Of a stretch of 64,000 bases of DNA, positions 47,528 to 60,616 are shown one piece after another. How positions within the stretch are numbered: position 1 is the stretch's first letter; every line of letters begins with the position of its first letter. Made by a program: the position numbers and the translations under genes. This stretch comes from Somniosus microcephalus (taxonomy: Eukaryota), in the NCBI GenBank assembly GCA_052327205.1, contig CM126204.1:104222001-104286000 (forward strand), given 5' to 3'. The notes under the pieces were generated by a model. That model made no database searches. It was not told the origin of the DNA and saw nothing but the letters and a program-made list of their open reading frames with translations.

Positions 47528-48094
47528 CTGCAAGAGAAAACAAACAATGCCAGCATGAAGATGACTGAATACCAGGCTCAACTGCTATTTTCAAACATTT
47601 ATTTAAAAGAAAAAAAGTGTTATAGAAACTGACTACTCAAATTTAATGGAAAATTAAAAAGCACCATGAAGCAACTTGAACAAAGTCAAAATGGTTTAAT
47701 TTCTCACCATTTAAAATGACTGAACATTTCTTGTTTATCTGGTCAAACTACTCACCTACTTAAGTTGCCTAGGTTGCAATAGCAATTTTTTTCCCCTGCT
47801 AGGTAAATAAAGACCAACAATTCCCCTATTAATCCTTTTTATAAATTTGCTATCCATCCTTTTTAGGGCTGTGCACAAATTTCTAAAATGTAAATCAGAC
47901 ACCAAAGCAGAAGTCCAATTTTTCCACCAAGACTCAGGATATGGAGACAACGGTTAATAAGGCTTTTAACAGCAGCAAATTAAACTCCTGAACACAAGCC
48001 ATGATCAATAACCCCTATACCATCTATGCAAACCTATCCTGTCCTGCCCATTTTTGGAGTTGACAAAAGATAGAACTTAGCTATTTTACTTTGT

Positions 48095-48365
48095 GTTTCC
48101 TCTTCTCTGAAGGCAGTGGCACATGCTGTACAGGCACTGGTCACCCTCCAGGGCCTCATCCAGCTGGCCATTCCTCATACACGAGTCTAGGCAGTGAGTG
48201 CTGACTGGAACTCTGATCAACTTTCACCTCCCTTAACCCAGAGCTGCTGAGACCTACTGCAGCATCCCCACTGCTGCCCACCCGAGATCAGACAACTCGG
48301 TATTGAACCTGGAATCTGCGTAGCTCAGTCGCAGAATATCATTACCAATGGAGCCATTGGGGAGC
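48095..48365 (-). mobile_element. tRNA-derived SINE (family of 33750)
   Basis: GGCCATTCCTCATAC..GAGTCTAGGCAGTGAGTGCTG is the reverse complement of 34040-34080. Confidence 0.55.
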
Positions 48366-48684
48366 TGAGTATCTAATTCTTATTGAAATAATTAAACTAT
48401 TGACAGGAACTGTAAGAGGATTACTTTACACAGAATGAGCAATCCTTTACCCATAAATCTGAAGAGGAAAACACAGTCAGTGTGACCTAGCTAATATGCA
48501 AGCACAGAGTGCTCTAATCAAAGGAAGAAATAGCTGCACAATAAATAGAATAGAGTATATGACAGATAATTACATCCCATGACAAATGTAGGCACCAAAA
48601 TTACACTATGTGACACTAGCGATGAAGGCTTAATGTATTTGAAATTTCTCTCCCTGCTATTTTAATGGGAGCATTAACCCATTT

Positions 48685-49200
48685 ATTGGAGATTTGATTG
48701 AGGTCTTCAAAATAATGAAAGGATTGGATTCAGTCCCTGTAGATTGGCTATTCAAGCTAGATAGGTTGTGGCGAGCCAGGGGACACGAGTATAAGTTGCG
48801 TCACCACAGAACTAGGTTAGATGTCGGGAGGTCCTTCCTTTTGCAGAGTCGGCGACCCCTGAAACAAGTTGCCAGCACGTGCTGGGAGTGCTGCAGGTAT
48901 TCAAAAGGGAAAGCACCTGGTCTGTGCGGAGTTGTCTGATCCCAAGTGCGGCCAACATAACCTCATATAGAAGGTAGGTGGCATTGGGGGAAGGTGTCTC
49001 CCAGTCACTGGGCTCTCCTGGAACTTGTTTGATTTTCTTCAGGAGTTTCCCAGAGTTTTTTTTTCCTTAAATTTGGCCTACTGTTTTTTGCCTCTCCCAG
49101 GAGAATGGTAATGATGGTGTGCAGAAGTTACACCATGACAGTATAGGATAGGCTCAATGGACCAGTTGGTCTTTTCCTGTCCTTTGTTTTCAGATGTTTG
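48685..49200 (+). mobile_element. CR1 LINE 3' fragment
   Basis: GDLIEVFKIMKGLD...RARGHEYKL...RLDVGRSF. Confidence 0.75.
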
Positions 49201-51022
49201 TAAAATAAATTAAGTGTTTGGTAGTATCCCACAGTGCAATTTCATGGCCACAGTTTCTCTTTAAAGTAGGCTGGCTCCCAATATGACATCAGGCCTTTAA
49301 ACTGCAGTGAGCGCTGATTTGGAACTTATCAGCATCTAAATAAATCGTAAATTAACTTGCATCTGATCTTCCGGATTAAAACTAGAATTGAGAACTAAAA
49401 ATATCAATATCAATTTGAATTCATTTCTATAAAACTGTAAACTTCACAGCTAAAATCCTTTGTGATTCCCCAGATAAATATTTTCTAGCAATAAGACGGT
49501 TCCAATAAATGATAGCAGAGGCAGACATGTCTGTCTGGGCGAAACATCTCTATCTGCCATTCATTTTAATGTTTCCTATTAAATGTGGCTATGACCTATA
49601 TTCTGTACTGCTTTAGTGAATCCCTCAGATTATTTTATTTCTTTCGGTCAGATATTAATAAAATATATCTGGGTTGGAACTACCATAATCAGAGGCACTG
49701 TGGCAAAATGGTTGAATAGGAATCTCTTCTTTTTTGAAGCTTACAGGTGGAAAATGAACACTTAGCACAAATACTTGTATTATACATTAATCCAAGAATA
49801 TATGTTTTTGATATGTTCACTCTGCATCCTTTTCATAGCTTTTAAACTGCCTGGAAATATATTTAAAAAGTAGGATTTACTAAAAGAATCAAATGCAACT
49901 TGTGCCAATTGGTGGTAAAGTTTTCAGCCACCTTGGCTCCCTTTTTTAAACTCCTGCCCTAAACCCCTCCACTTTACTCTCTACCTTTAAAACCCTTTTT
50001 AAAAACCTTCTCAAAATCCATTTCTCACCAATCTTTTGAACCCCCACCATAAGGTGTTGTAAATGGGTGTCTGCTCATTATATACATTTCACGTGAGCAC
50101 AATTATCATGCGGCTTATGACGTCTAAATCTGCGCTGGATTATTTTCCTGAGACATGCTATATGATTCCATATAGGAACCAAATAAATGGAACTGAAAAC
50201 AGAGAGTGTGTTAACTGCAGCACTACAACTACAGAGTGCAAACTGACTGGCCCCCGCAAATAGAGTGCAGAACTCAATCTCCAGCCAGGAGAGGCAGATC
50301 ATCCAGACTCTCCCAAACCCGCACCATGACGTGCCTTGTCCTCAATCTCCATCACTGGTGCAAAGCTTCTGGTTTAGAATATACTGTAGTGTATTTAAAA
50401 CATACACAAGATTTACAGTTCACATTGAAAGACCCTCAGTCCATACGTAATGCCTCCAATCATGAACATTGAATGTAGTGCAACAGCAACTGATCATAAT
50501 ACTGGTCAACCCAAATTGGACGAGTGTGGCTTTAGTATTGCAAAATAATTTTAGTTTTTATTAGTAGTTATTTTTTTGCTCTAGTTATGAAATATTTTAA
50601 TTGACTTTTTCCATTATTAGTTCATAAAAAATACAATCTACACTGAACATACACTAACAAACTTTGAGCATGATAAATGCACTGGACCATGCATATAACG
50701 AATATTAGAAGACAGCAAATGCTGTTGCTGGAACCAGCGCAAGTATCTTGGGTAAAGATTCGAATGGACGGACGGGGATAAAATTCCTTTGGGTCTGTTG
50801 GATGCAGGGCACACCTAATTACTTGGGCGCAATTAGGAGGAGCAATTGGTATGGGGCCCTCATTATCATTAAATTGGTGGCCAGTACTACTAGCACTATT
50901 GATTGGCAGCTTGCCTAGTGTGGGGTGGGAATATCGGGCATCCCTGATGGTATTTAAAGGCAGCCTGCATCTCAAGGTTAAGTGGACTTTGGCTGCGAGA
51001 AACTAGAAGGCAACTGCAGAAC

Positions 51023-53226
51023 ATGGCAAGCCAAAGAGTAGCTTCAAGGGCCCCATGCATCTCAGATGCAGCAATGGAGTGAAGGAGGTCAGCAGGGTAA
51101 GGGATGTCCTCTACCCACCAGGCAACAGGAAGATATCCCACCAAACTACCTGGAAGGAGTGGGCACAGGTGGCAGAGTAGGTCAGTGCCAGGACAACCAC
51201 CCCACTGTTCTGGCTGCAATGCAGGAAATTGTTTAATGACCTGGTCAAGGTGGCCAAGGTAAGACTTTTAACTCATCATTCTCTGCATAACCCTGCACTA
51301 CCTGAAGAATCAGTACTCGCCCCTTTCCTCCACCGATTACCAGCACTCTCCTCCATTCACTGCAGCATACTTCACTCCTTCTGCTCCTAATGCCATACTC
51401 AGCCCATCCTACTCTCAGTTACTGCCTTCAGATCCTCACACTCCAGTCACCTTTCACATACCAGCACCACTATTCGAACTTGACATTCACATTACTAGGC
51501 CACCACTAACTCTCCCCTCTTGCTTGCAGGACAAGCTCACGAGCGAAAGCAGGGAAGAGGCGAGGTCAGGAGGAGGGTGTCTATTCAGTTGAGGAGGACC
51601 TCATGCAGATTGTGGGGATGGGATGGGTCAGGGGTGTGGTGAGTGGCGATGTTGGAGGACGCATCCTGCAGGGTTCTTTGCAATCTTACACTCTGTCCCT
51701 TCTCACTGAAATATCACCCTCACACACGGTGTGTGGCAAAGCGCAGCGGCTTTCAGCAACCACTCATATGTCTGCTTACCCTCGACACCAAAAGCTCATT
51801 CTTGTTCCTCGCTTCCCTTTTAGGTGAAGAAAATGTGGACCGCCAATAGCATGAGTAGTTGAAAGAGGGCATCACTCATGATAACACAGCCTCACCCAAC
51901 CTTATCTTAGCGAGCACCAGCTCCGAGACTGGCATTACACGTACTTCAGAGGTTAAGCTAGAGGGTTCTGCACTGGGAGACTCAACAAGCATTAGTGCAT
52001 AGGGATAGGATGGCTCAGGAAGCAGCTTGCCATAGGAGAGGGTTTGCATCCTAGCCCTGCTGTAGAGCACACAGGTGAAGATCTGGAGGGCACTGACTAC
52101 ATTAAAAGACATAGTCCTCTACACCGGGACCAGGACCTTTTAAGTGCATTAGGCAGTTTGCCAGCGTACTTGCACACAATGGCGCACAGCATGAAGGAGT
52201 CCAGCTCTAGCTTGTGTGGGGTTGACCAGCAAGGCATTGAGTCCATGCAGCCAATCATGGAGCAAGTGGTCAGCTCTATGAACACTGGAGTGGGGCCCAC
52301 AATAATGTGACAGTTCAGAGCTTTGCCAAGAGCTCAGACTGCTGCCATTGAAGTTCTGGGGGCTAGCATGTCCTCAGGCTTTCAATCCATGAAGGAGAGC
52401 ATGGATAGGAGTTTGGGGAGATGAATAAGGGCTTCCAGAGCATCACTACACTCCTTCATGCAGAGTACAGGGAGCGTAGAGGCATAGCCCTATGACAGTG
52501 GCATTGGCTCCATGGGAGAGACACGCTGTCCTCAGCCCTATTACAGTGGCATTGGCTCCATGGGAGAGACACGCTGTCCTCAGCCCTATGACAGTGGCAT
52601 TGGCTCCATGGGAGAGACACGCTGTCCTCAGCCCTATGACAGTGGCATTGGCTCCATGGGAGAGACACGCTGTCCTCAGCCCTATGACAGTGGCATTGGC
52701 TCCATGGGAGAGACACGCTGTCCTCAGCCCTATGACAGCGGCATTGGCTCCATGGGAGAGACACGCTGTCCTCAGCCCTATGACAGTGGCATTGGCTCCA
52801 TGGGAGAGACACGGTGTCCTCAGCCCTATGACAGCGGCATTGGCTCCATGGGAAAGACATGCTGCCCTCAGCCCTATGACAGCGGCATTGGCTCCATGGG
52901 AAAGACACGCTGCCCTCAGCCCTATGACAGTGGCATTGGCTCCATGGGAAAGACATGCTGTCGTCTCTCAGGATGACAGCACACCTGCTCCCCTGCCAGA
53001 CTCTGACCCAGTGCCCTTGCTGGTACCACACAGTCAGCTGGCCCAGACTGTCCCAGCTGATGCCGAGACACAGCATACTGCAGCCGAACCCTCAAAGGCC
53101 AGAGCTGCTCGAGGTCGCCCACCATGGCCAGCTCTAGTGCCCTCAGTGGATGATCAGCAACCGTCCATCTTCCAGGCTCCAGCGAAAGGCAAGCCTCCTC
53201 GTAGGAACACTAGAATGGTAAATTAG
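51023..53226 (+). pseudogene. Harbinger Myb/SANT-like DNA-binding protein gene remnant (spliced, disrupted)
   Basis: RAPCISDAAME then, frameshifted, DVLYPPGNRK..TWKEWAQVAE*VSA...WLQCRKLFNDL. Donor GTAAGA at 51259; acceptors before 51530 (DKL...RSGGG) and 51824. Confidence 0.7.
52486..52970. repeat. Minisatellite, about 10 copies of 48 bp, inside the Harbinger Myb gene
   Basis: Unit CAGCCCTATGACAGTGGCATTGGCTCCATGGGAGAGACACGCTGTCCT. Confidence 0.95.
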
Positions 53227-53476
53227 CACAGAGGGCAGGCACTAAGGGATTGCATTAGGGTGATTTCATTTCAATTAAGAAGTAAAATTTGATAAATCCA
53301 CAATGTACATGATGTAAATTAAAGAGGCTTTTTTGCATTGATATTGGTCTTCACATCTTAGTTATGTGAGGAAGACCCATGAGGTAGTCACGTTGGAAGC
53401 CATTCAGAAGGTGGGTGGAAGGAGTGGGTCAGATAGGAGGTGGGACTCGGCGTGCTGGGGGGAGGGGAGGGTTTGT

Positions 53477-53690
53477 TTAAGAGAATCTCTCCTCAATAAT
53501 TTGTCTGGCAGCTGCAGCACTGCCTTGGTCTTCCACATTATCCTCCTCTTCCTTGTCCCCTTTTTCATCATTCTCCGCCACCACTTCCTGCTGTGGCACC
53601 TGCAAGGCTTGGCCCCTCTGAATAGCATAGTTGTGTAGCCTGCAGCAAACCACTCGCTCCGGGCTATACTGCAGGACTCCACCGGATCGG
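53477..53690 (-). pseudogene. Harbinger (HARBI1-like) transposase C-terminal remnant
   Basis: GVLQYSPERVVCCRLHNYAIQRG, an acidic tract, then ARQIIEERFS*, typical of Harbinger transposase C-termini. Confidence 0.8.
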
Positions 53691-55832
53691 ACTGGGACCT
53701 TTGCTGAGGACGCCCACGAGTGCTCTAGTTTCTGCCAGTAAAGTGACAGGGTACAGCTTCAGCCAAGTCAGCTCTCATTTCTGGCGACGGCCAGGGATCG
53801 CCTAATGAGCACCTTAACTAATATGGCGGCCGCTGCATTTCATGCACATTCCGGTCGGAGTGTGACGTTCCGCCACAAAATTGCTAAGTGGAATGACAAT
53901 TTCCCGCCTGAAAGCTGGGCGAAGCACAATTGAATTTCTATCCCATAGTCTATGATTTTATTATATTTGGATTTTTTATACATTTGAAAATTGCAGCATT
54001 AATCTTGATCAGTGAACATTTTGGTACATCAGTAACTAGGACCTACATGCAGCAGTGTTGGTAATCAGAAGAGCAGGGCCCTAACACGGGTCCTTTCTGA
54101 TGACATGCACTATAAAGGTATTTCAGGGGTTTATTGCCTAGAGGGTAAAGTATGTACTTAAGTACTCGATCCATTGAGACCACTTCTCAGCATGCTACAA
54201 CATTCTAACCCAGTATCTTTCTCCCTTTATTTACCACACAGCTCTGTCCTAAAATAATTACCACATTCTCATAAGCAGTAAACAATGACTGCATTTCAAA
54301 AATCAAAGAATTGTCTGAAAGAATAATCTTCTTTAAATGGCATTTGACCTGCAATTTGAAACACAATGAAGACATAATCTCATTAAAGACTCCCTATTAC
54401 AGGATTATACTACATATAACCAGGAATTCAATCATTTAAACAAGTGAAACAAATGGGGGGGAAGAGAGATGCATTTTCAAAAAAATTCTAATGTATTTAC
54501 ATTTCCTTTTATTGTAATATCTTTAAGAAGTTGTGTGTTGAAGTTTTTGAAATTTTGGCCAATCTGCCGAGTCTGAAACTGCAGATAAGGCCAGTCCTCA
54601 GCAGTCTGTCAAAACACACACATTTTCATCAAATACTCCTTGTACAAAGTAAATGGAAAACGTCCAGAGGAAGCTGCACTATGAGGGATTAATCAGTAAT
54701 GCAGCCACAGAATGGAAGCAGACCTCCGATTTTGCTATTTCCAGGTGTGGGAGTATCCCAGGAACCAACTGTGTCCAAATATTCAGCTCCATGGACAAAA
54801 TGTACAGGCCCACTCAGGTACGACTTTGTCATGTTCAAGTCTTTCCACTAGATACTGCTAGTGAGCTCTATAAATACTCTGGTGACCTCCAGTGGCTGAA
54901 AGGGGTGCACTGCAACTATGTAGGGCTGATATCTTCTGCTGATCTGAGACCTCATCTCACCAACAAGCAACATTTCTTTTTAAAAAAGAGAAAAGTCAAC
55001 CGCTGGGATTTCAGCCTCCAATATTTCATCCTTCCAAGTAGTTTCAACTTCCTGGAAGAGAAAACAATTGAGCTGTAGACTTGATTTTGATGTCATTGGT
55101 GCTCTATGCTTCGCTGGCAAGAAATGCTCTAGAGTTCATTTCCCAATAGCTTTAGGGTCGAGGATTGAATCCAGCGCAAACAAATGGGATGAATGCCTCT
55201 CTTCTCTGATGCTTATCGAGGATCCTAAGGGAATGTAAGGCAGGCATTTGGGTGCTGGGTAGTCCCAATTCAGTTCCCAAAGAAGATGACGAATCTGGCC
55301 ATACAATTCACACTTGGCAGAAATGAAAAGAAAAACAAAGCAATAACTATTTTGTTTTTAAGCTTTACGCTTGGTGATGGCTGCTTGTCCCACGGCACTC
55401 TGGTGCAGTAACATACACAATAGAGTACTGGGGTGCAGCCTCGCCTCCCCTCCCCTCCCCTTGGCCATTCCCCATATGGTGATGTCTTGATCAGAGGTGC
55501 TCAGCCTTCCCAAAGGAAAGAAGTTGTGAAAAATAAAATACTTCAGTGAGGCAGGTTCTTCTCATGCTCCCAGTTTAAGTGTGGCAATAGAAGAAACCTG
55601 GGGACAAGACTCCTGAACACCCTCTCAGCTTCTATGTGTGGCAAGAGAAGGCAGAGCTTAAGTTGGTAAAAGAGAAAGAGAATATATCTGTAAATTTTTA
55701 TAAAGTGGTCTTGTAGGTGAAGAGGGCCTATGCCAGTTTTTTCTTGCCTTTATCCAAGATGTTCTACTACTTTGGCTTTCCCTCTTAGGTGTAACCAAGA
55801 ACAGGCAAAAGTGTCCACAACACGATAGTGTG

Positions 55833-57449
55833 GGACTCAGGTTTCCAGCTGGAATTCCAGGCCATTTCATCAGGTAATGAGGCAAACATCTTAACTGCAG
55901 TATCACTGGGAAGCCAAGGATATCCTTCCGGTAAACCAAAAAGTCAAATTCACAACCGTGATATGGTTAATGGCTTCTCGCTGGCTAGATATTCAACAAG
56001 AAGAAATAAGCCTTAAAACCAAAATGACTGCACATTTATATCCTACCATGAGAATTTCTGAGTGTCTTCCTTCACTCCACACTGCTACCATGAGATTACT
56101 TGCTACAGCCTGAATGCTTTCTATACCGATACAACATTGATGCCATTACCATCTTTATGGGATCAGAGCCTATAGTAGATGAATGTTGTCTTTAGTAGTG
56201 AAATGGCAATATTTTCTGTCTTATTACACAGGAAAACATTGTAAACTAAAATGGGGTAGAGCTAGCTACATCCATGAATATAAATATACAGCAAATAGAA
56301 TATGTTGCAATTAAGTAGCATATTTTACAAGACAAAGGAAAGGATCAGAGTAGCGTGCAGAGCTTCAGATAAATATTAGTGATATGCATTGATGAACAAT
56401 GTGATTAAGTGTGACTGTCTGTATTTAAATGGCAAAAAGGCTTAATATGTAATCATCCAATTGACTAATTCACATGGGCAGTATGAATTTCATCTGCATG
56501 AATTTGACTGAATTGAGAAGCTAGTGGGCTTCCAAACACTGAATGTGACCTTCTTTCTCCTAGTCTTATTGTTGGGGTTAGATCAAGAGAACGATGGTGG
56601 TATTTACATGCAAAAGCAAGGCATAAAAAATATGGGCAATCAGCATAATCATAATTTCAATAAAAAACCATATCAGTGATTCAACAGAACCATTACAGCA
56701 GTGAAAAACTGCTAAGAAACTAATTATTATTATTAGTAAGCTAGAAGTCTATGCTTTCTAATCACCAGAGTTTAATTTTTTCATGTCAAACACATTTAGC
56801 AGCATCTCCCTTGCAGTTCAGTGCCTGCAGTAATGTATTTGTATTTTTGTTCTGTGGAAACATTTATCACAAGCTCTTAAAAATGTGCTGTCATAAAGCT
56901 ATAAAAGGTCCCGCACCAGCCTTTTGAAGCAGCCAAGTTTAAACCAAGAAATTTCCTTCACCTAATACTGTATTTGTAGTTAAAGTGTGCAGCCAGAAAC
57001 AGGCTAGTTTGGATCTACCACTTTGTTTCTTTCTTCTGTCAGGAGGGCGAGTCAGCCTAGGCCACAGACCCCTCTATTACTACTGTCAATGTCACTGCTG
57101 TGATTGACCTATGGAGGGGAAAGGGTGATTTACTTCAAAGCAGTCCTGACATTTTTCTCCCTAGCCCGGAGGTAATTAATTACACTTCTAAATCAGTTTC
57201 AAGGCACATTTATATTTGAGCTTGGGCTCCAGGAGAGTAGAACCCGAGCAGAGACCTACAACACTAAGTTTCCAGCTCAATTCAAGGCCATTTCATCAGG
57301 TAATGAGGCAAGCATCTTAACTGCAATATCACTGGGAACCCATGGTTATCCATCAAGTCAATCCAACAAGTCAACTTCCCAACCATCATGTGGTTATGTA
57401 TTCAACAAGAAGAAATAAGCCTCAACACCAAAGTTACTGCACATTTATG
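55833..57449 (-). repeat. Two diverged direct repeats of about 200 bp (55833-56039 and 57262-57449)
   Basis: Both share AGGCCATTTCATCAGGTAATGAGGCAA.CATCTTAACTGCA.TATCACTGGGAA and TATTCAACAAGAAGAAATAAGCCT. Confidence 0.9.
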
Positions 57450-58481
57450 AGATTTATCGTCCAAGTGTTATATTACCCATCATGCTGTACTATTAATACA
57501 ATATCCATCGACGTCAGACGTCGAAATGTGTTAAATGCTACTTTCCCCTTTTTAGTGCCGGTGTGCGGTTTCTGGTCCTGTGGGAGAGTTAAAAGAAAGT
57601 AGCACTTGTTTTCCAAGTCTCTGATCTCCATCCCATGAAAGTTGGCCTCTGGGCACAACTGGGCACAACTGCTTCATATTACAGCTTGCCAGTGACAGCA
57701 AGGACTACCACATTCCTGTCGCTAATGGCACACTATCAGTATAAACATACCAAAGAAATAATATTTATCCTACACATAGCTCATCCTTAGTCCATTAAAT
57801 AAGTGAAACAATTATACTACTGTAATACAATTTACTTTCTGGCCAGTATATTATTATGGACCACAATGGCTCAAGAACCACTAACCCAAGTCGAACCAGA
57901 CTGTGGAATGTTCCAGCGCCTTCCATCTATGGATACCAGATTAGCAGAGGCAAATTGAAAAGTCTTTACCAACCTCCTGAAGAGTTTAAGAACCACATCA
58001 TAGTCACAAAAACAAGGAAGCCTCCATTTTAATGTCACTAATGCTCTTGTTTTATGCCTTAAAAGGGTTCCAAAGAAAGACCCCCCTCTCACTGCTGTAA
58101 GCTCCAATTTTATTCAGCTGCTTGAGCATCATCTGCTATTACACTCCTTGCCAGATCCCATCTGCATTTCATTCTGCAAACCAGCAGGAGAAAAGACAAA
58201 CGTTTTTAGTAAAAAGAAAATGTTCATTGGAAAGACTCTCAAAACCTGCCAGTGGCATAGAACTCTGGGAAACACTTTTTGCTAGTTGTTGTTAGTTGTG
58301 TTGTGAAACACATAGCCCTATTATTTAGAAATTATATCCATTTCTTTCTCGTTGTTGGAAACCTGGCATGACTAGCTGCTGAACACGGTGGTATGATTGC
58401 ATTTTATGCATTGTGTTTGTTCCCTCCTCACCCTCACACAACCACTTTGGTGTAAATCCCCAGTGAGAAATTAAAGACTAA

Positions 58482-59318
58482 GGGGGAGAAATTCAGTATT
58501 GCCCCGTTTGGGGCGCAATTATCGGCCGGGCGCAAAGTTTAGCGCCTGGCGATAATTACCGCCTCCGACTGCAAACTTGGCTTCCATCACCCCTGGAGGT
58601 GATTGGTGCTCTAAATCAGGCGCTACCGCTGAGGAGCGAGGCACTACCTCAGAGCGCTGGCAAAGCTCATGTGATGTCAGTCAGCAATGGAACAGTTCTT
58701 AAAGCGGAGGGTCGATCTTGCTCTCCATCCACACCCTGCTCATTGCAGCCTTGAATCTCGGCCTGGAGAGACCTGTACATCAAATCTGCTGGAAAGATCA
58801 ATGGAGAGGCCCAGGGAAAGAACCCAGAGTGCAGCCCCCATAGTCTCTTCTAAATCGATGCAAGATCAAATCAAAATAAACCTGTAAAGTGCTGCTCAGT
58901 ACCCAAAACTCCTCAACACAGCATTGAAAATCTCCAGAAGTCTCTCTCTCTCTCTCTCAAAATGCGTGGTGCAAAAATGTCGCCAATAAAAAAAGGCAGG
59001 AAGCGGTCGCCTTTAAATTGCGCTCCCCCAGTCCCGTCCTGACTGCAAAACGCTCCCCTCAACCTGTCGTTGCTAGCAGCAGGCGGTAAGGCAGGGGGCG
59101 CCACTCAATATCCGGTCCGGGGCACTACACGCTCGACTGATGTCACGATCTGCGGGCGCAGGAGATCGTGGCGGTAGTGTTTAGCGCCGCCACAAAATGT
59201 CTGGTCAATTTCGCGAGTGGCGCAAACATCACCACACCCGGGTGCCAGTTGCTTGGTGCCCCATTAGCGCCCTCTTAAGGCACTAACGGGAGGCGCAAAC
59301 CAACCGAATTTTTCCCCC
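58482..59318. mobile_element. Harbinger-type MITE
   Basis: TIRs GGGGGAGAAATTCAGT and ACCGAATTTTTCCCCC, TAA on the left flank, and CpG-rich subterminal arms. Confidence 0.75.
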
Positions 59319-60109
59319 ATGGTCCAGTCCTAATTTTATGGGAAGCGCCCACAATTCCTTGTAAGCACTTGATTCAAACAGAAGAATACAGGAGTATGGA
59401 ATCCAACCTCCATGGGAGTAGCATCTCTCGCAGATTCCATGATTAGAGGATGCAGTTGGCTTTCATCTGCCCATTAGTTAAGCTCAGGTTTGCATGCCTT
59501 CTATAACCACCAGTGAGTGTCCCAAGAAGGTTCTTAGCAATAATCTTCCTAATGGGGGCAATACAGAGCACAGCCCAGTCAATAATCCAGCGACTGCAGA
59601 GAAAGGGGCACGGTATTAAGGCTCCTTACCTTTAAGCACCTACTGTTCCATTAAACATGGTTCTGCCACTTTATTTTCTCACATCCATTTACTGCTAACG
59701 TAGTCATTCTTTAGTATTAATAAATTGCTTTAAATTTATTACAAACAGCTTTCGTAACAAGGACTTTGAAAACCCACTTCTTCCGGCTGGGCTCTCTCCT
59801 AAAACAGAAAAAGAATTCCTAGAATGCCAGGTGCCCATGAAGCAATTAGATTTTGCTGTAAGCCCACCTACTGAACTTTTTTAGAACACGGATACCTTTG
59901 GTTAACCCTCTTGCACTCTGAAGGTCGTCAATCATAGTCTCTCCACGAGGTGGGTGTGTATAGATTCCAGCAAAATCAGAATTATTTTCTAGCTTAGACA
60001 AATTTGAGAGCTATTCTTAAACTTGCTCATAATTAATCGTTGTTAGTAGAGAAGGTGCTCCTCTCTATCGCACATTCCATCCATTTTCCTTTCTTTCCCC
60101 CAAATTTCC

Positions 60110-60420
60110 TTCCTTTTCTCCTTCCTCTCCTTCAGGTGCTGATATATTGGTTCCATGGGTGCCGTCAAGCCTTCCTGCCCCACAGCCAAGGGGCCTTTCG
60201 CCATTCGTCACCCTAGAGATTGAGTGTTGGCAAGGTATTCAACTGTGGGAAGCATCACAGCTGGGCCTGATATTGTCCTCATCCAATGCCCACACAAACA
60301 CTCACTTTCCAACAGAAACAATGAGGCAGAAATTGTGACCAATTTTTCTCCACCCTAGCCCAAGGGTATGGAGATCAATTGCAGCACTTCTCTTACCATC
60401 TCACCTGGTCAGGATCATCC
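60110..60420 (-). mobile_element. tRNA-derived SINE (family of 33750)
   Basis: GCATCACAGCTGGGCCTGATATTGTCCTCATCCAA is the reverse complement of 33985-34018. Confidence 0.6.
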
Positions 60421-60616
60421 AATAAGAAGCATTTTCAGAGGGCTCTTCAATACAAGTGCGAGAGCCATATGCAATCTGTGTTAGATCAAAGATTAAAGCC
60501 ACTTCAGAAAGTCTTACACAGCAACCTATTAGCAGGAGTTTTACAACAAGGTGCCAGGATGTGGAGTTCGCCAGCAGACAGAATATTTTTCTGAATCTAG
60601 AAAACTAAGCATAAGG

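Larger units (their letters stand above)
50774..53944. mobile_element. Decayed, internally deleted PIF/Harbinger DNA transposon
   Basis: TIRs GGGGATAAAATTC and GAATTTCTATCCC enclose convergent Myb/SANT and transposase remnants. Confidence 0.8.

Noticed and set aside
47528-47594. N-terminal extension MKIAVEPG... of the 693-aa ORF
   Set aside because: This is intronic read-through upstream of the splice acceptor at 47528.
52456-53076. Cys/His-rich repeat protein (WSQCHCHRAEDS) on the minus strand
   Set aside because: It is a translation of the 48-bp minisatellite, which is open in several frames.
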